From contig OY760686.1 of assembly GCA_963663865.1 (NCBI GenBank), positions 2,880,001 to 2,944,000 of the forward strand: a DNA stretch of 64,000 nucleotides, in the 5' to 3' direction. The notes beneath the pieces are model-generated. The model had not been told where the DNA came from and searched no databases. It saw nothing but the letters and a program-made list of their open reading frames with translations. The position numbers were made by a program, and so were the translations under genes. Positions 9,443-19,755 of the stretch are shown here, piece after piece (position 1 is the stretch's first letter; each line of letters opens with the position of its first letter). This DNA is from Spirochaetota bacterium (GTDB lineage: Bacteria > Spirochaetota > UBA4802 > UBA5550).

Positions 9443-9835
9443 TTATTTGTGATTGTAGAGCTTACGCGCGCAATCGTTGCACAGGGTGTGAGTCAGATCG
9501 ACAGATGATTCGTCGCGGAGCAGCTCTTCAAGCGGAATCCAGTTACCTTTGACCTCAACACTTCTGCAAGCCGAGCATATCCTGTAAAATCCAGCCAGAT
9601 GGTTAACAGCTTTAATAAATCTCGCGGCAAGAAACCATACCATCACGTTCGAAACAATTATAACTAAAGATTCCATAAGGGCCTCAACCCAGTTCACCGG
9701 AGTTGAAACAGCCCCGAAAATCACGTGGGGCATATCAACAATTTCATTAAGCCAGATAAACAGTACAATTATAAGAGTGTTGCAACACAGAAAAAGAGTA
9801 ATCTTATTTTGAATCCCCTTCTTGCTGATTTTCAT
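9443..9835 (-). CDS. small membrane protein with C-terminal CxxC...HxxCxxC putative zinc-binding module
   Basis: ATG at 9835 with GGAGG; two TM segments; RICSACR...W.PLEE...THTLCNDC motif, commonly found at the end of signalling proteins. Confidence 0.7.
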   Translation of the reverse strand: MKISKKGIQNKITLFLCCNTLIIVLFIWLNEIVDMPHVIFGAVSTPVNWVEALMESLVIIVSNVMVWFLAARFIKAVNHLAGFYRICSACRSVEVKGNWIPLEELLRDESSVDLTHTLCNDCARKLYNHK

Positions 9836-9991
9836 AGTTCCTCCGGCAAATATCATTTCGGATTGATAAAGCATATTTCCAATCCGGAAATAAACAATAA
9901 AAAAACCTATATGCAATCGGTAATTATCATCAACCCGGCAAAACACGTCTGCAATCTCCCGAAATTATTCCGGCGAAGAAAGGCAATATAC

Positions 9992-10020
9992 TTGACTAAT
10001 TATTATGGAGGATGTAATCT
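9992..10020 (+). promoter_or_regulatory. sigma70-type promoter
   Basis: TTGACT-17 nt-TAATCT upstream of the 10056 gene. Confidence 0.45.
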
Positions 10021-10055
10021 ACAACGATACTAATATTACCGGAGGATGTTTGTCC

Positions 10056-10613
10056 ATGAAAAAAATCAAGATGCTAACAGCCGCTCTGGCTCTCCTCGCA
10101 CTGCTGCCGACAGCCGGCTTTGCTCTGGCCGATATCTCAGCTTTCGGCGGATACTCATGGGGCACAAGCGATACAATTGACCCAAGCGGCTTTCAGTACG
10201 GGTTTGACGCTCACATTAACACAGAGTTCCTTTACTTCTTCCAGCTCGGATTGGGCGGGTTCTACAAAAAATCGGACATGGAGCTCTCGTATTTTGACAG
10301 AGATGTTGATTACAACAGAAGTACCGCGGGAATTGACGCTTATGCCCAGCTTGAGCTTCCGCTTATCCCCATTGACCCTTACGTCAGGTTCAGATCGGCA
10401 GTATGGGAAAAGGTCAGCGGGCAGGTTATAGACAACACTGAATACTTCAAATCCTATTCAGTTGGAGGGGGCATCTTCCTGACAGTTCTTCCAGTTCCTG
10501 GAGTAATAAAGCTTCAGCTCTTCGGCGAATACCTCTACGACATAACGAAACAGGATGGCCATAAAGTCAACGGCCACACCTTCAACCTGGGAGTAAGAGC
10601 GGACGTTCTCTGA
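10056..10613 (+). CDS. small outer-membrane beta-barrel protein
   Basis: ATG at 10056 after GGAGG; signal peptide ending AFA/ALA; about 8 amphipathic strands; C-terminus FNLGVRADVL. Confidence 0.7.
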   Translation: MKKIKMLTAALALLALLPTAGFALADISAFGGYSWGTSDTIDPSGFQYGFDAHINTEFLYFFQLGLGGFYKKSDMELSYFDRDVDYNRSTAGIDAYAQLELPLIPIDPYVRFRSAVWEKVSGQVIDNTEYFKSYSVGGGIFLTVLPVPGVIKLQLFGEYLYDITKQDGHKVNGHTFNLGVRADVL

Positions 10614-10640
10614 CGATTAACCACAGCTCAAAAATATACT

Positions 10641-10668
10641 AAAAAAGGGGATAAATATCCCCTTTTTT
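10641..10668. terminator. bidirectional rho-independent terminator
   Basis: AAAAAAGGGGATA-AA-TATCCCCTTTTTT between convergent genes. Confidence 0.8.
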
Positions 10669-10671
10669 ATT

Positions 10672-13275
10672 TTACTGGTGCTCATCGGGCATCAGCTCTA
10701 CTACCCTGTCTCTGAACTCAACAGCCCTTTTGCGGTTCGCGAGGGACACCTCGGTGTTCTTCCTTCCCGGCGCCGTCTCCTTCAGGATGCCAATATCAGC
10801 AAGTCTGTCGAGACATCCTTCATATCCGGAAGTGAGCAGGGATTCAGCGAGTTTAATCCTTCCGAGATGATACATCTTCAGAGCGTTCTTCCTTGTTTCT
10901 ATAACTACATCTTTTCGGGCGGTTTTACCCCGTTTCAAGGCAGATACCGTGTCTGCAGCGGCATAGTAGGACTCAAAGCTGTCTCGGATAATCCCCGCAA
11001 ATCCTTTTATCTCGGGAGAAGCTCCGTCATTGAGCTTTATTTTTTTTCTGGATACAGTGAGAAACCCCTTTGACTGAAAATAGTTCAGGGCCTCCTTGAA
11101 ACCGCCGCCAGCCGCATCCATAACTCCGGAATAGATAAATTCCTTAGCAAAGAGTTCCCTTATCTCGGAATAGATTGACGAGACCGACCCGATGTCCATC
11201 CGTCCCTCTCTCTCGGCCTTAAGAATCGCTGAAGAGAAAAAGGCAGGCGGAAGCAGGTAGTGTATCATTGTGTTGCGGTAGAAACTGATTCTTCCTCTTT
11301 GTTCCTCGTCGATAACGATTACATCCTCAGCTTCAGCCCGCCCTTCTCTGGCCGAAGCCTCTATCTCAACATCGAGACTTTTAAGTATTCCATCGTCTCT
11401 GAACGACTTGATTACGTAATCAACCGCTGCTTTGAGCTCAGCCCCATTACCCGCTAATGATTCAGCCATGGGAGCGCCGCAGTATTTCAGATAGCCGTAA
11501 ATCATCGAAAGTCTTGCATCGAGTATCTTTCTTGAAAAGCCTCTTGAAGATGAGAGCAGTATTGCGGCCGTCGTCATAGCAAAAGGAGTAACAACTGCTA
11601 TCTCGTTAATGCGTTTTGTTATATGCTCCGCGAATGCCGCCGGAAGTTCGTCGCCTTTTTTTTCCTTCTTTTTAAAATCAGCGAGACTGATAGGGTCGTC
11701 AAACGAAACATAGACCTTCCCGTAATTCCTTTTAAGAAGCTTACGGCTCTTGAAGAATGCCCCGGTTGTTTCTCTGTTCTTCTCCTTACCCTTAAGCTCC
11801 TTGTCGTAGGAACCCTCTTCGAGGACCCTGTCATAGTTTATGCTGACAGGAACAAAGTTAAGATCACGGCTGTAGCCCTCGAGCTGAGCGTCAATCAGGT
11901 ATTTAAGAACGCCAATTTTTGGAAACAGAACACGGCCGGTTCTTGTCCTGCCGCCCTCTATAAAAAACTCAATGCTGTAGCCCTCGCTGATAAGCGTTTT
12001 CAGGTACTGTTTAAACACCATCGTATAAAGGTCTAAGCCCTTGAAAGACCGTCTGACAAAATATGCCCCCGACTTTCTGAAAATAAGCCCCATAGGGAAA
12101 AAGCTGAGATTAACTCCGGCGTGAACATGAGGAGGCATCAGCATATTCTGGTAAAAAAGCGTTGAGACGATCAGATAGTCCATGTGGCTTTTATGCGCAG
12201 GCACAATAATCAGGGGGGCCTTCTGAGACGCCTCTCTAAGCTTCCTGAAATCATCGCTGTTGTACTGTATGCCGTCAAAGATCTTTCTGAATACTGTAGA
12301 CAGTATTGAATCAAAAACCTTAATGTAAACGATTGAAAAGTCCGAGGCAATTTCATTGTAGTACTTAAAAGCGCTGCGTCTCAGCTTCTTCTCATGTCCT
12401 CTGCGTCCTGAAGAAAGTTTCTTTATTTCATTAAGTACATTTTTATGATAAAGCACTTTCTCCATCATCTCACCGCGGTTTTTAATTATCGGGCCGAGAA
12501 CTGAGCGCTTCTCATTGTTGTAAATCTCTAATATTCGCGAACGTATCGATGAGGTAACCCTGGCAACATCGCGTGTAGATAATTTAGCTATCTCTTCCTT
12601 GAGATTGATCGGCTTTGGAATTCTAATGAAGCCCGGTGTCAGGCTTTTAAGTGTGGTAATGAGACCGGCAAAAAAACCCATATCTCCGGTCGGTTCAAGC
12701 TTGGCTATTGCTCCCGACCTCTCAGGATTTCTGTTCCAGAAAAGAAGCTGCGGAAAGACATATATCGGCTCTTTTGTCTTTTTTTGGATTTCTATGAGCT
12801 GCTGAAGATTATCGGTCTTGATATCGACATAACGTCTCATAAACAGGCTGGCTGAGAGAAAGGAGAGACAGATACATCCTCCTTTTGAAATAACATCAGC
12901 GGCAAGCTCTTCATCAGTAACACGCCTGTCCCGCTCCGGGCTGAAAACAGCAACAAGCCTCGACACGCCCCTAATAATAAAAGAGCCGATCCTCTGAGTA
13001 AAATACGGACTGAATCCCACTGCAAATTCAGGAACAGGCAGCCCCTCCTTCCTGAGGAGGTTTGTAAAAATTACAAGCGAGGTTGTTGAACTCTGAAGTG
13101 ACGCGTAAACAATTCTGCCTTTTGAGGAATATTCGCGGAGTGTTTCCAGCGTCTCATCGTCGAAAACGAATTTGGTAAAAATTGATCCGACAATAAGTTC
13201 GTAAAAAGCTCCGATACTCTTTCGCAAAATACCGCCGGAAATATATGAAGTGCTTCCCTTTTCAATTGTCTGCAT
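10672..13275 (-). CDS. plsB: glycerol-3-phosphate 1-O-acyltransferase
   Basis: HKSHMD (HxxxxD), GAYFVRR, FFIEGGRTRTG, VPVSINYDRV motifs; 867 aa. Confidence 0.85.
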   Translation of the reverse strand: MQTIEKGSTSYISGGILRKSIGAFYELIVGSIFTKFVFDDETLETLREYSSKGRIVYASLQSSTTSLVIFTNLLRKEGLPVPEFAVGFSPYFTQRIGSFIIRGVSRLVAVFSPERDRRVTDEELAADVISKGGCICLSFLSASLFMRRYVDIKTDNLQQLIEIQKKTKEPIYVFPQLLFWNRNPERSGAIAKLEPTGDMGFFAGLITTLKSLTPGFIRIPKPINLKEEIAKLSTRDVARVTSSIRSRILEIYNNEKRSVLGPIIKNRGEMMEKVLYHKNVLNEIKKLSSGRRGHEKKLRRSAFKYYNEIASDFSIVYIKVFDSILSTVFRKIFDGIQYNSDDFRKLREASQKAPLIIVPAHKSHMDYLIVSTLFYQNMLMPPHVHAGVNLSFFPMGLIFRKSGAYFVRRSFKGLDLYTMVFKQYLKTLISEGYSIEFFIEGGRTRTGRVLFPKIGVLKYLIDAQLEGYSRDLNFVPVSINYDRVLEEGSYDKELKGKEKNRETTGAFFKSRKLLKRNYGKVYVSFDDPISLADFKKKEKKGDELPAAFAEHITKRINEIAVVTPFAMTTAAILLSSSRGFSRKILDARLSMIYGYLKYCGAPMAESLAGNGAELKAAVDYVIKSFRDDGILKSLDVEIEASAREGRAEAEDVIVIDEEQRGRISFYRNTMIHYLLPPAFFSSAILKAEREGRMDIGSVSSIYSEIRELFAKEFIYSGVMDAAGGGFKEALNYFQSKGFLTVSRKKIKLNDGASPEIKGFAGIIRDSFESYYAAADTVSALKRGKTARKDVVIETRKNALKMYHLGRIKLAESLLTSGYEGCLDRLADIGILKETAPGRKNTEVSLANRKRAVEFRDRVVELMPDEHQ

Positions 13276-13284
13276 GAAATTCCC

Positions 13285-13620
13285 TTACAGTATCTGGTCT
13301 TCGGAGCTCAGAACAGTAAAAAATTCATCCAGTCCTACCATTTCGAGCAGGGAACTCACATTCTCAGTCACTCCAAGGAGAACCAGCTCGGCACCGGCAT
13401 CCGTCAACCTGTCCTTAATGAAAATGAGCTCTCCCAGGCCTGAACTGTTAAGGTATCTTTTCCTGCTCATGTCAAAGGCAATCTTTCCCGGAAGCTGCGG
13501 AACGAGCTTGAGTATTTCCTCAACAAACCTGTCAACATCCTCTTCAATAAGAGCGCCATCAATACTGTCAATCTCCACAATAAGGCTTTTTTCATTGTAG
13601 TAGCGGTGTGCAATAAGCAT
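13285..13620 (-). CDS. STAS-domain anti-sigma-factor antagonist
   Basis: FDMSRKRYLNSSGLGELI...LLEMVGLD. Confidence 0.85.
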   Translation of the reverse strand: MLIAHRYYNEKSLIVEIDSIDGALIEEDVDRFVEEILKLVPQLPGKIAFDMSRKRYLNSSGLGELIFIKDRLTDAGAELVLLGVTENVSSLLEMVGLDEFFTVLSSEDQIL

Positions 13621-13825
13621 TCGTGATCCCTCGTCATTTAGTTATCGGGCCGGCTGCCCGAGTATGACTGTATATACTATAATCTTTATTGTCAGCTAAA
13701 TAGACAAGAATTAATTCAATACAGGGCTAAAAAGAAGCCTACCCTTTCAATCAAAAAAAAGTATATATATTCGAAATAATAATTGAAAATGTAGATATAT
13801 CATGGGGGATTGACTCATCATAATA

Positions 13826-13899
13826 CGGGATGTAGCGCAGCCAGGTAGCGCGCTTCGTTCGGGACGAAGAAGCCGGGAGTTCGAATCTCCCCATCCCGA
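13826..13899 (+). tRNA. tRNA-Pro (anticodon CGG)
   Basis: CGGGATG/CATCCCG acceptor stem; anticodon arm CTTCG-TTCGGGA-CGAAG; GTTCGAATC T-loop; CCA not encoded. Confidence 0.95.
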
Positions 13900-14003
13900 A
13901 TTACGATATTTTCCACTTCTGCTGTATTTTTTTTCCTTGCTTTATTAAGCTGTACAACCGCATAGTTTGGCTTTAATATATCGCATATACGGAAGCCGGG
14001 GAA

Positions 14004-14411
14004 ATGAGTCTGATCCTATCCGAACAATACCATTCCGACAAAAATACAAAAAAATCATCCGTAGACTCTGTATTCGACGCAATAATGTTAAGCGATGCCT
14101 CTCTGGGCATTGGCGAAGACGAACTTTACCTGGTTATTGACGAAGCCATGACTAACGCCATGGAACATGGAAACAGATGGGACCCGTCGCTGACAATCAC
14201 GGTATCGGCAGAACTCCAGAAAGACTTTCTCAGCATAACAATTGAGGACAGAGGAGAAGGATTCAACTCACAGGATGTAAACATATTCTCCAGTATTGAC
14301 AATAAGCTTAAACGGAGAGGAAGAGGGCTTTATATTATCAAGCAGTTTGCTCTAACCAGGTGGAACGATTCAGGAAACTGTATAACACTTGAATTCAGAA
14401 CGAGAAATTAA
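14004..14411 (+). CDS. RsbW/SpoIIAB-like anti-sigma factor, Ser kinase (HATPase_c_2)
   Basis: LVIDEAMTNAMEHGN, IEDRGEGF, GRGLYII. Confidence 0.85.
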   Translation: MSLILSEQYHSDKNTKKSSVDSVFDAIMLSDASLGIGEDELYLVIDEAMTNAMEHGNRWDPSLTITVSAELQKDFLSITIEDRGEGFNSQDVNIFSSIDNKLKRRGRGLYIIKQFALTRWNDSGNCITLEFRTRN

Positions 14412-14550
14412 TAGTGTGTTTGAAAAACTTTGACATTCACTCAATCTCTGCTTACATTCAGGATTGTTCGCAATAACCGTTAAATTAACTTAATAATATT
14501 TGACTTAAAACCGTTATAATTACAACTGATACACGTGCAAAGGTAGGGAA

Positions 14551-14847
14551 ATGCTTAATATCAGCGATACAGGCGATGAAAGGTATTTTGTGCTCAAAGG
14601 GGACAACATCTCCGCGGGACTTAGCCAGTTAGAAGACGCGCTGAACTCGTTCACACGCGAGGACAAGCGGAACGCTGTCATAGACCTCAGGAACGTAACC
14701 CGGATTGATTCAATGTCACTTGCTGCGATCATCAGGGTGAAAAACAGGCTTGCCTCAACAGGAAGAAGCCTTGAATTAATAAACCCCACGGAAGGCGTTC
14801 TCAGAGTACTTCAGCTTGCCGGCCTTGATGAATTCCTTATGGATTAA
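14551..14847 (+). CDS. STAS-domain anti-sigma-factor antagonist
   Basis: IDLRNVTRIDSMSLAAII...VLQLAGLD. Confidence 0.85.
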   Translation: MLNISDTGDERYFVLKGDNISAGLSQLEDALNSFTREDKRNAVIDLRNVTRIDSMSLAAIIRVKNRLASTGRSLELINPTEGVLRVLQLAGLDEFLMD

Positions 14848-14947
14848 GCCGGTTACATATCCGGACTCTCCCGAAACCGAATTTCCAGCCGAAGCATCCG
14901 GCCTTTTGCCGCGTTGCCGGCTATAACACGCATTACAAGGAGTATAA

Positions 14948-16600
14948 ATGAAAAAGCTTAACAGGATGAATAAAATCGAGAGAAAAGGCCCGGTTGTCCT
15001 TGTCATCATGGACGGAGTGGGTATAGGCAAAAAAGACGAAGGAGACGCATTTTTTAACGCCCGCACTCCCCTTCTCAACAGCATTATGCAAAACTGTATC
15101 AATACAACACTTAAGGCCCATGGAATGGCTGTCGGCCTTCCCTCTGACGACGATATGGGCAACTCTGAGGTTGGCCACAACGCCCTCGGAGCAGGAAGGG
15201 TCTTCGCTCAGGGCGCAAAGCTTGTAAACAAGGCCATCGAAACAGGCGCCATATTCGAATCTGATACATGGAAAGAGCTTACAAAGTCTCCCTCAAAGGG
15301 CAGCGCAGCTCTCCACTTCATAGGCCTTCTGTCAGACGGCAACATCCACTCTCACACCGATCATCTTTTCAAGATGATCGAAAAAGCCGCGTTAGACGGC
15401 GTCAAAAGGCTGCGGCTCCATATTCTGCTCGACGGACGCGACGTGCCTGAGACATCAGCTCATATCTACTTAGGCCAGGCTGAAAAATTTCTCGAAGCTT
15501 TCACATCAAAGGGCCTTGACTTCCGAATAGCATCCGGCGGCGGAAGAATGATAACTACAATGGACAGGTATGAAGCTGACTGGAGCATTGTAAAGCGCGG
15601 GTGGGACGCACATGTGCTCGGAAAGGCACGCCCCTTCAGATCGGCCATGGAAGCTCTTGAGACTTTTCGCAGTGAAGACCCCTCAATAACCGACCAGTAT
15701 CTCCCGTCTTTCACCATTGTTGATGATAACGGCCCGGTTGGCACCGTTGAAGACGGAGACTCAGTCATCTTCTACAACTTCAGAGGCGACAGATCAATTG
15801 AGATATCACGGGCATTTGAAGAAAAGGACTTCGACAAGTTTGACAGAGAACGATTTCCGGAATGTGTCTTTGCGGGTATGATGGAGTACGATGGAGACCT
15901 GCATATTCCCTCAAGGTATCTCGTAACTCCGCCGGCTATTGATAAAACCCTGAGTGAATATCTTGCGAATACCGGCGTTAAACAGTACGCTGTCTCCGAA
16001 ACACAAAAATACGGGCATGTAACGTACTTCTGGAACGGAAACAGGAGCGGCAAGTTCAACGACTCGCTTGAGGAATACAGAGAAATACCTTCAGACAGAA
16101 TAGAGTTCAACCAGCGCCCCTGGATGAAGGCCGCTGAGATAACTGACAGCACGATTGAAGCGCTGAAAAGCGGGCAGTTCGGATTTATCAGGCTGAACTA
16201 CCCCAACGGAGACATGGTCGGACACACAGGTGACCTTGAGGCTTCAATAATCGCGGCTGAGACTCTTGACATCTGCCTGAAGCGTCTGCTTCCGGCGGTA
16301 AAAGAAGCCGGCGGTATAGCCCTTATCACAGCAGACCATGGCAACCTTGAAGAGATGTTTGAGATGGACAAAAAGTCCGGGGCTCCGGCTGTCGACAGCG
16401 AAACCGGTCAATTTAAAAAGAAAACAGCTCATACACTAAACAAAGTACCAGCAATTGTTTACGATCCAAATTTCGGGGGGGAATATGAACTTTCCGAAGT
16501 TGAGGAACCTGGACTTGGAAATGTAGCGGCTACCCTTCTGACGCTTATGGACTACGAGGTTCCGGAAGGATATCTGCCTTCGATAATCAAGTACCGTTAA
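14948..16600 (+). CDS. gpmI: 2,3-bisphosphoglycerate-independent phosphoglycerate mutase
   Basis: VIMDGVG, MGNSEVGH, LDGRD, NFRGDR, DMVGHTG, TADHGN. Confidence 0.97.
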   Translation: MKKLNRMNKIERKGPVVLVIMDGVGIGKKDEGDAFFNARTPLLNSIMQNCINTTLKAHGMAVGLPSDDDMGNSEVGHNALGAGRVFAQGAKLVNKAIETGAIFESDTWKELTKSPSKGSAALHFIGLLSDGNIHSHTDHLFKMIEKAALDGVKRLRLHILLDGRDVPETSAHIYLGQAEKFLEAFTSKGLDFRIASGGGRMITTMDRYEADWSIVKRGWDAHVLGKARPFRSAMEALETFRSEDPSITDQYLPSFTIVDDNGPVGTVEDGDSVIFYNFRGDRSIEISRAFEEKDFDKFDRERFPECVFAGMMEYDGDLHIPSRYLVTPPAIDKTLSEYLANTGVKQYAVSETQKYGHVTYFWNGNRSGKFNDSLEEYREIPSDRIEFNQRPWMKAAEITDSTIEALKSGQFGFIRLNYPNGDMVGHTGDLEASIIAAETLDICLKRLLPAVKEAGGIALITADHGNLEEMFEMDKKSGAPAVDSETGQFKKKTAHTLNKVPAIVYDPNFGGEYELSEVEEPGLGNVAATLLTLMDYEVPEGYLPSIIKYR

Positions 16601-16608
16601 AATTGCAC

Positions 16609-16646
16609 CCGACACCGCCAGGGCTTTTCGCTCAAGCGGTGTCGGA
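16609..16646 (+). terminator. stem-loop after gpmI (probable terminator)
   Basis: CCGACACCGC...GCGGTGTCGG inverted repeat. Confidence 0.5.
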
Positions 16647-17069
16647 ATCTTGCAAAGCCTGCCCCGAAAATGGAATAATAAAATCTTGATTCCCTATCCC
16701 ATGCAATACTGTCATAACCGCTGAATTGAAGAAAATCATGAAATTATACGAGAAATGCAAAATTTGATTAAATATAGCATTATAAAAATATATCTATTCT
16801 TTAATATACAATTATTGACAAATGCCCATTGTCCAACAATTCGTCAGCTTAAAGTTAAACTCTCTTCAAAAAACGTTTCTGATAAATTTTTTTCACTGAC
16901 CTTTACTATTTAATTATGTTTTGTCCTTTACGTAATATATAAATCATCAGACATAAAGGTAAATACACGAGGTTTTTTATTTGTAGAATGGGAGAACCTC
17001 TTATAAAATTACTTTACACTGCCGGGCATATTTTTATACCTGAGCCATAAAACGTTTACCGGATGGATC

Positions 17070-18530
17070 ATGAAAACCTTTAACATATTCAGAAAAAAGA
17101 AGAAAAACTATGATGGAAAGCCGCGGGAGGAATGCGGAGTTTTTGGAATCTACGGCAATCCGAGGGCTGCCAATCTGGCATATCTCGGGTTATACTCCCT
17201 TCAGCACCGGGGTCAGGAATCCGCAGGCATAGCCTCCAGCGACAGGGATCACATTTACCGTTATGCCGGAATGGGCAAGGTAATAGACATTTTTCAGCAG
17301 CAGCACATTGACAATCTTCACGGTGATATAGCTATAGGACACAACCGGTACTCAACCACCGGCTCATCGTTCCTCAGAAACGCACAACCGTTCCGTGCTG
17401 AATCAAACCTTGGTCCCATAGTGCTTGCTCACAACGGGAACCTTTCGAATGCGGGCACACTCAGAGCACATCTTGAAAAGCAGGGTCATATTTTCCAGAC
17501 CACCATAGACTCAGAGGTAATCGTGCATCTGATGGCGAAATCCGGCGAGACGGATTTTCTTGCCGCAATGATTCACGCGCTCAAACAGGTAAGGGGAGCT
17601 TACTCCCTGTTGATAATGAACAAAGAAAAAATCTACGCGGTCCGGGACCCGCACGGGTTTCGCCCGCTGGTACTCGGCAAACTCGACGACGCATGGGTTG
17701 TCGCTTCCGAGACATGTTCTTTTGATATTATAGACGCCGACTACGAACGTGAGGTTCAGCCCGGTGAGCTTATTGAGATATCAAAATTTGGAGCAAAATC
17801 ATACTTCCCGTTTGAAAAGAAAAAAGAATCTCTGTGTATTTTTGAATACATATACTTCTCGAGACCAGACAGCATCATATTCGGCGAGTCGGTACACGAA
17901 ATGCGCATCAATCTCGGCCGAATGCTGGCTAAGACCTCTCCTGTAGAAGCTGATATTGTCGTTCCGATACCTGACTCTTCCGTATCAGCCGCAATCGGGT
18001 ACTCGAGAGAATCAGGCATCCCCTACGACCTGGCTATGATAAGAAGCCACTATATCGGCCGTACATTCATTGAGCCCTCCCAGCGCATACGCGACTTCGG
18101 CGTGAAGATCAAGTTCAACGTTGTCAAATCCGCCATCAAAGGCAAACGCGTCGTTGTAGTGGATGACTCAATAATGCGCGGTACAACGATGAGAAAAATC
18201 ATCAAGATGTTCAGGAATGCCGGAGCGAAAGAGGTCCATGTGAGGATATCTTCCCCTCCTACCTTATTTCCCTGCTTCTACGGAATAGACATACCTACTC
18301 ATAAGGAATTGATTGCCGCGACTCACACCATTGAGGAAATCAGAAAGTATCTTCGCGTAGATTCAATTGAGTACATGACTGTTGACACCATGCTCAGTGC
18401 CATCAACCGGCCCAACATGAACTTCTGCAACGCTTGTTTTAACGGCGACTACCCGTCTCCTCTGGAAGAACACACCGATGACAATCAAAAATACCTTTTT
18501 GAGGATTCAAGCTGCAGCGAATACTACTGA
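17070..18530 (+). CDS. purF: amidophosphoribosyltransferase
   Basis: EECGVFG propeptide/Cys1, LQHRGQESAG, VVDDSIMRGTT, 4Fe-4S Cys (CFYGID, CNAC). Confidence 0.97.
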   Translation: MKTFNIFRKKKKNYDGKPREECGVFGIYGNPRAANLAYLGLYSLQHRGQESAGIASSDRDHIYRYAGMGKVIDIFQQQHIDNLHGDIAIGHNRYSTTGSSFLRNAQPFRAESNLGPIVLAHNGNLSNAGTLRAHLEKQGHIFQTTIDSEVIVHLMAKSGETDFLAAMIHALKQVRGAYSLLIMNKEKIYAVRDPHGFRPLVLGKLDDAWVVASETCSFDIIDADYEREVQPGELIEISKFGAKSYFPFEKKKESLCIFEYIYFSRPDSIIFGESVHEMRINLGRMLAKTSPVEADIVVPIPDSSVSAAIGYSRESGIPYDLAMIRSHYIGRTFIEPSQRIRDFGVKIKFNVVKSAIKGKRVVVVDDSIMRGTTMRKIIKMFRNAGAKEVHVRISSPPTLFPCFYGIDIPTHKELIAATHTIEEIRKYLRVDSIEYMTVDTMLSAINRPNMNFCNACFNGDYPSPLEEHTDDNQKYLFEDSSCSEYY

Positions 18531-18703
18531 CAAATCCATCCCTGATAAATCTGGCGGCCCCGCTTTAAGGGCCGCCGCATTAATTACCGCTTATTCTGAT
18601 TCAACAATCACCAAAAAATCTGGAAAAAAATATGAAACCGTCCTTCACGAAAATACTTGACGTATACCGCCGGCTGTTGTCGTATGTAAAAGTATTAAAA
18701 CAC

Positions 18704-18776
18704 AGGCTACTAGCTCAATTGGTAGAGCACCGGTCTCCAAAACCGGGGGTTGGGGGTTCAAGTCCCTCGTGGCCTG
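18704..18776 (+). tRNA. tRNA-Trp (anticodon CCA)
   Basis: AGGCTAC/GTGGCCT acceptor stem; anticodon arm CCGGT-CTCCAAA-ACCGG; GGTTCAAGTCC T-arm. Confidence 0.95.
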
Positions 18777-18788
18777 CATCTCTTTCTT

Positions 18789-19742
18789 TCAGTAATACTC
18801 CTTCACAAGCGGCATATCAATATACTTCATCCTTTCCGAGCCGTCATCTGTTTCGATCCTTGTGACAATTGTATGCACTGGCGTCAGAATTTTACACCCA
18901 TCTGCTTCGACAGGGTACCATGCTCTTTCAAGCCCGGCAATACGGATCCTGTTGACTTGCCTGACCTCCTCTAATTTACGCATATTCCTGACCTGTTTCA
19001 GAGCTGAAACTGCCTTCTTCAAAGGTTCACTCTGCGCGACCTGCTTCCTTGGCGTCTTAATCTTCTGGAATTCAGGCCATTTAATCTCAATCGATTCGAT
19101 CTCCCCGCCAGCCTTGAATGTAAACTCGGCGTACGACACACTGCTTCTAACCGCTCCCCCTTCAAACACCCTTCGGAAAGTCAGCGTCACCGAGTCAACA
19201 CGTTCACTTCCCTCGGGCTCTCCGCTGGAATCACAGCGCTGTTCATAATCAATTGAATAGCACGAGTATTCCACATTCCCCGGGCAGAGTCCAGTAAGCG
19301 CGATAATATCTGATGCTTTATCCACATACTCAGAAAGCCTTAAATCGTCTGCATTCTGCACGGCCTTCACGGGAGCGCTGTTTGCTCTTGTTAGTCTTAT
19401 AAGACTTTTTTTCGGGAATTGTTTAACTGACATCTGCGTGATATCCTCTCTCCCTGACCTCAGAATGTTCTCCTCTATCTCTAATATCCCCGCAGAGCTC
19501 TCAACAATCTCGTATTCCCCCTGCTCTCCCCTGCTCCATCCGGTAGAAAAACCTGTTCCTGCTTTAACAGCCGACTTCTTCAACTCAGCGTTTGACCTGT
19601 GCGTAACGGCCTTCCCTGTTTCCAGAAGAGCCGCATAGCTCTCAACACTGCTGTCGATTACAACCTCAGTTTCATCCTCTCCGCCGCAGCTGAGAATGAA
19701 AAGTAAAAGCATACTTGTTAGAATAAAAGCTAACCGTTTCAT
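18789..19742 (-). CDS. lipoprotein, C-terminal half resembles a protease propeptide (FTP/PepSY-like)
   Basis: Lipobox ILSC; TFRRVFEGGAV...FTFKAGGEIESIEIKW...AWYP...LTPVH pattern. Confidence 0.55.
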   Translation of the reverse strand: MKRLAFILTSMLLLFILSCGGEDETEVVIDSSVESYAALLETGKAVTHRSNAELKKSAVKAGTGFSTGWSRGEQGEYEIVESSAGILEIEENILRSGREDITQMSVKQFPKKSLIRLTRANSAPVKAVQNADDLRLSEYVDKASDIIALTGLCPGNVEYSCYSIDYEQRCDSSGEPEGSERVDSVTLTFRRVFEGGAVRSSVSYAEFTFKAGGEIESIEIKWPEFQKIKTPRKQVAQSEPLKKAVSALKQVRNMRKLEEVRQVNRIRIAGLERAWYPVEADGCKILTPVHTIVTRIETDDGSERMKYIDMPLVKEYY

Positions 19743-19755
19743 AAATTACCCTCCA

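Noticed and set aside
16650-17069. Purine-related riboswitch (purine, ZTP, PRPP) upstream of purF
   Set aside because: Region is AT-rich and lacks the conserved aptamer motifs; only promoter-like TTGACA elements were seen
13826-18789. Integrated element at tRNA-Pro or tRNA-Trp
   Set aside because: No integrase and no duplicated tRNA 3' end noticed; the flanking genes after tRNA-Pro are housekeeping
18632-18865. 77-aa plus-strand ORF
   Set aside because: Shadow translation of tRNA-Trp (LAQLVEHRSPKPGVGGSSP)
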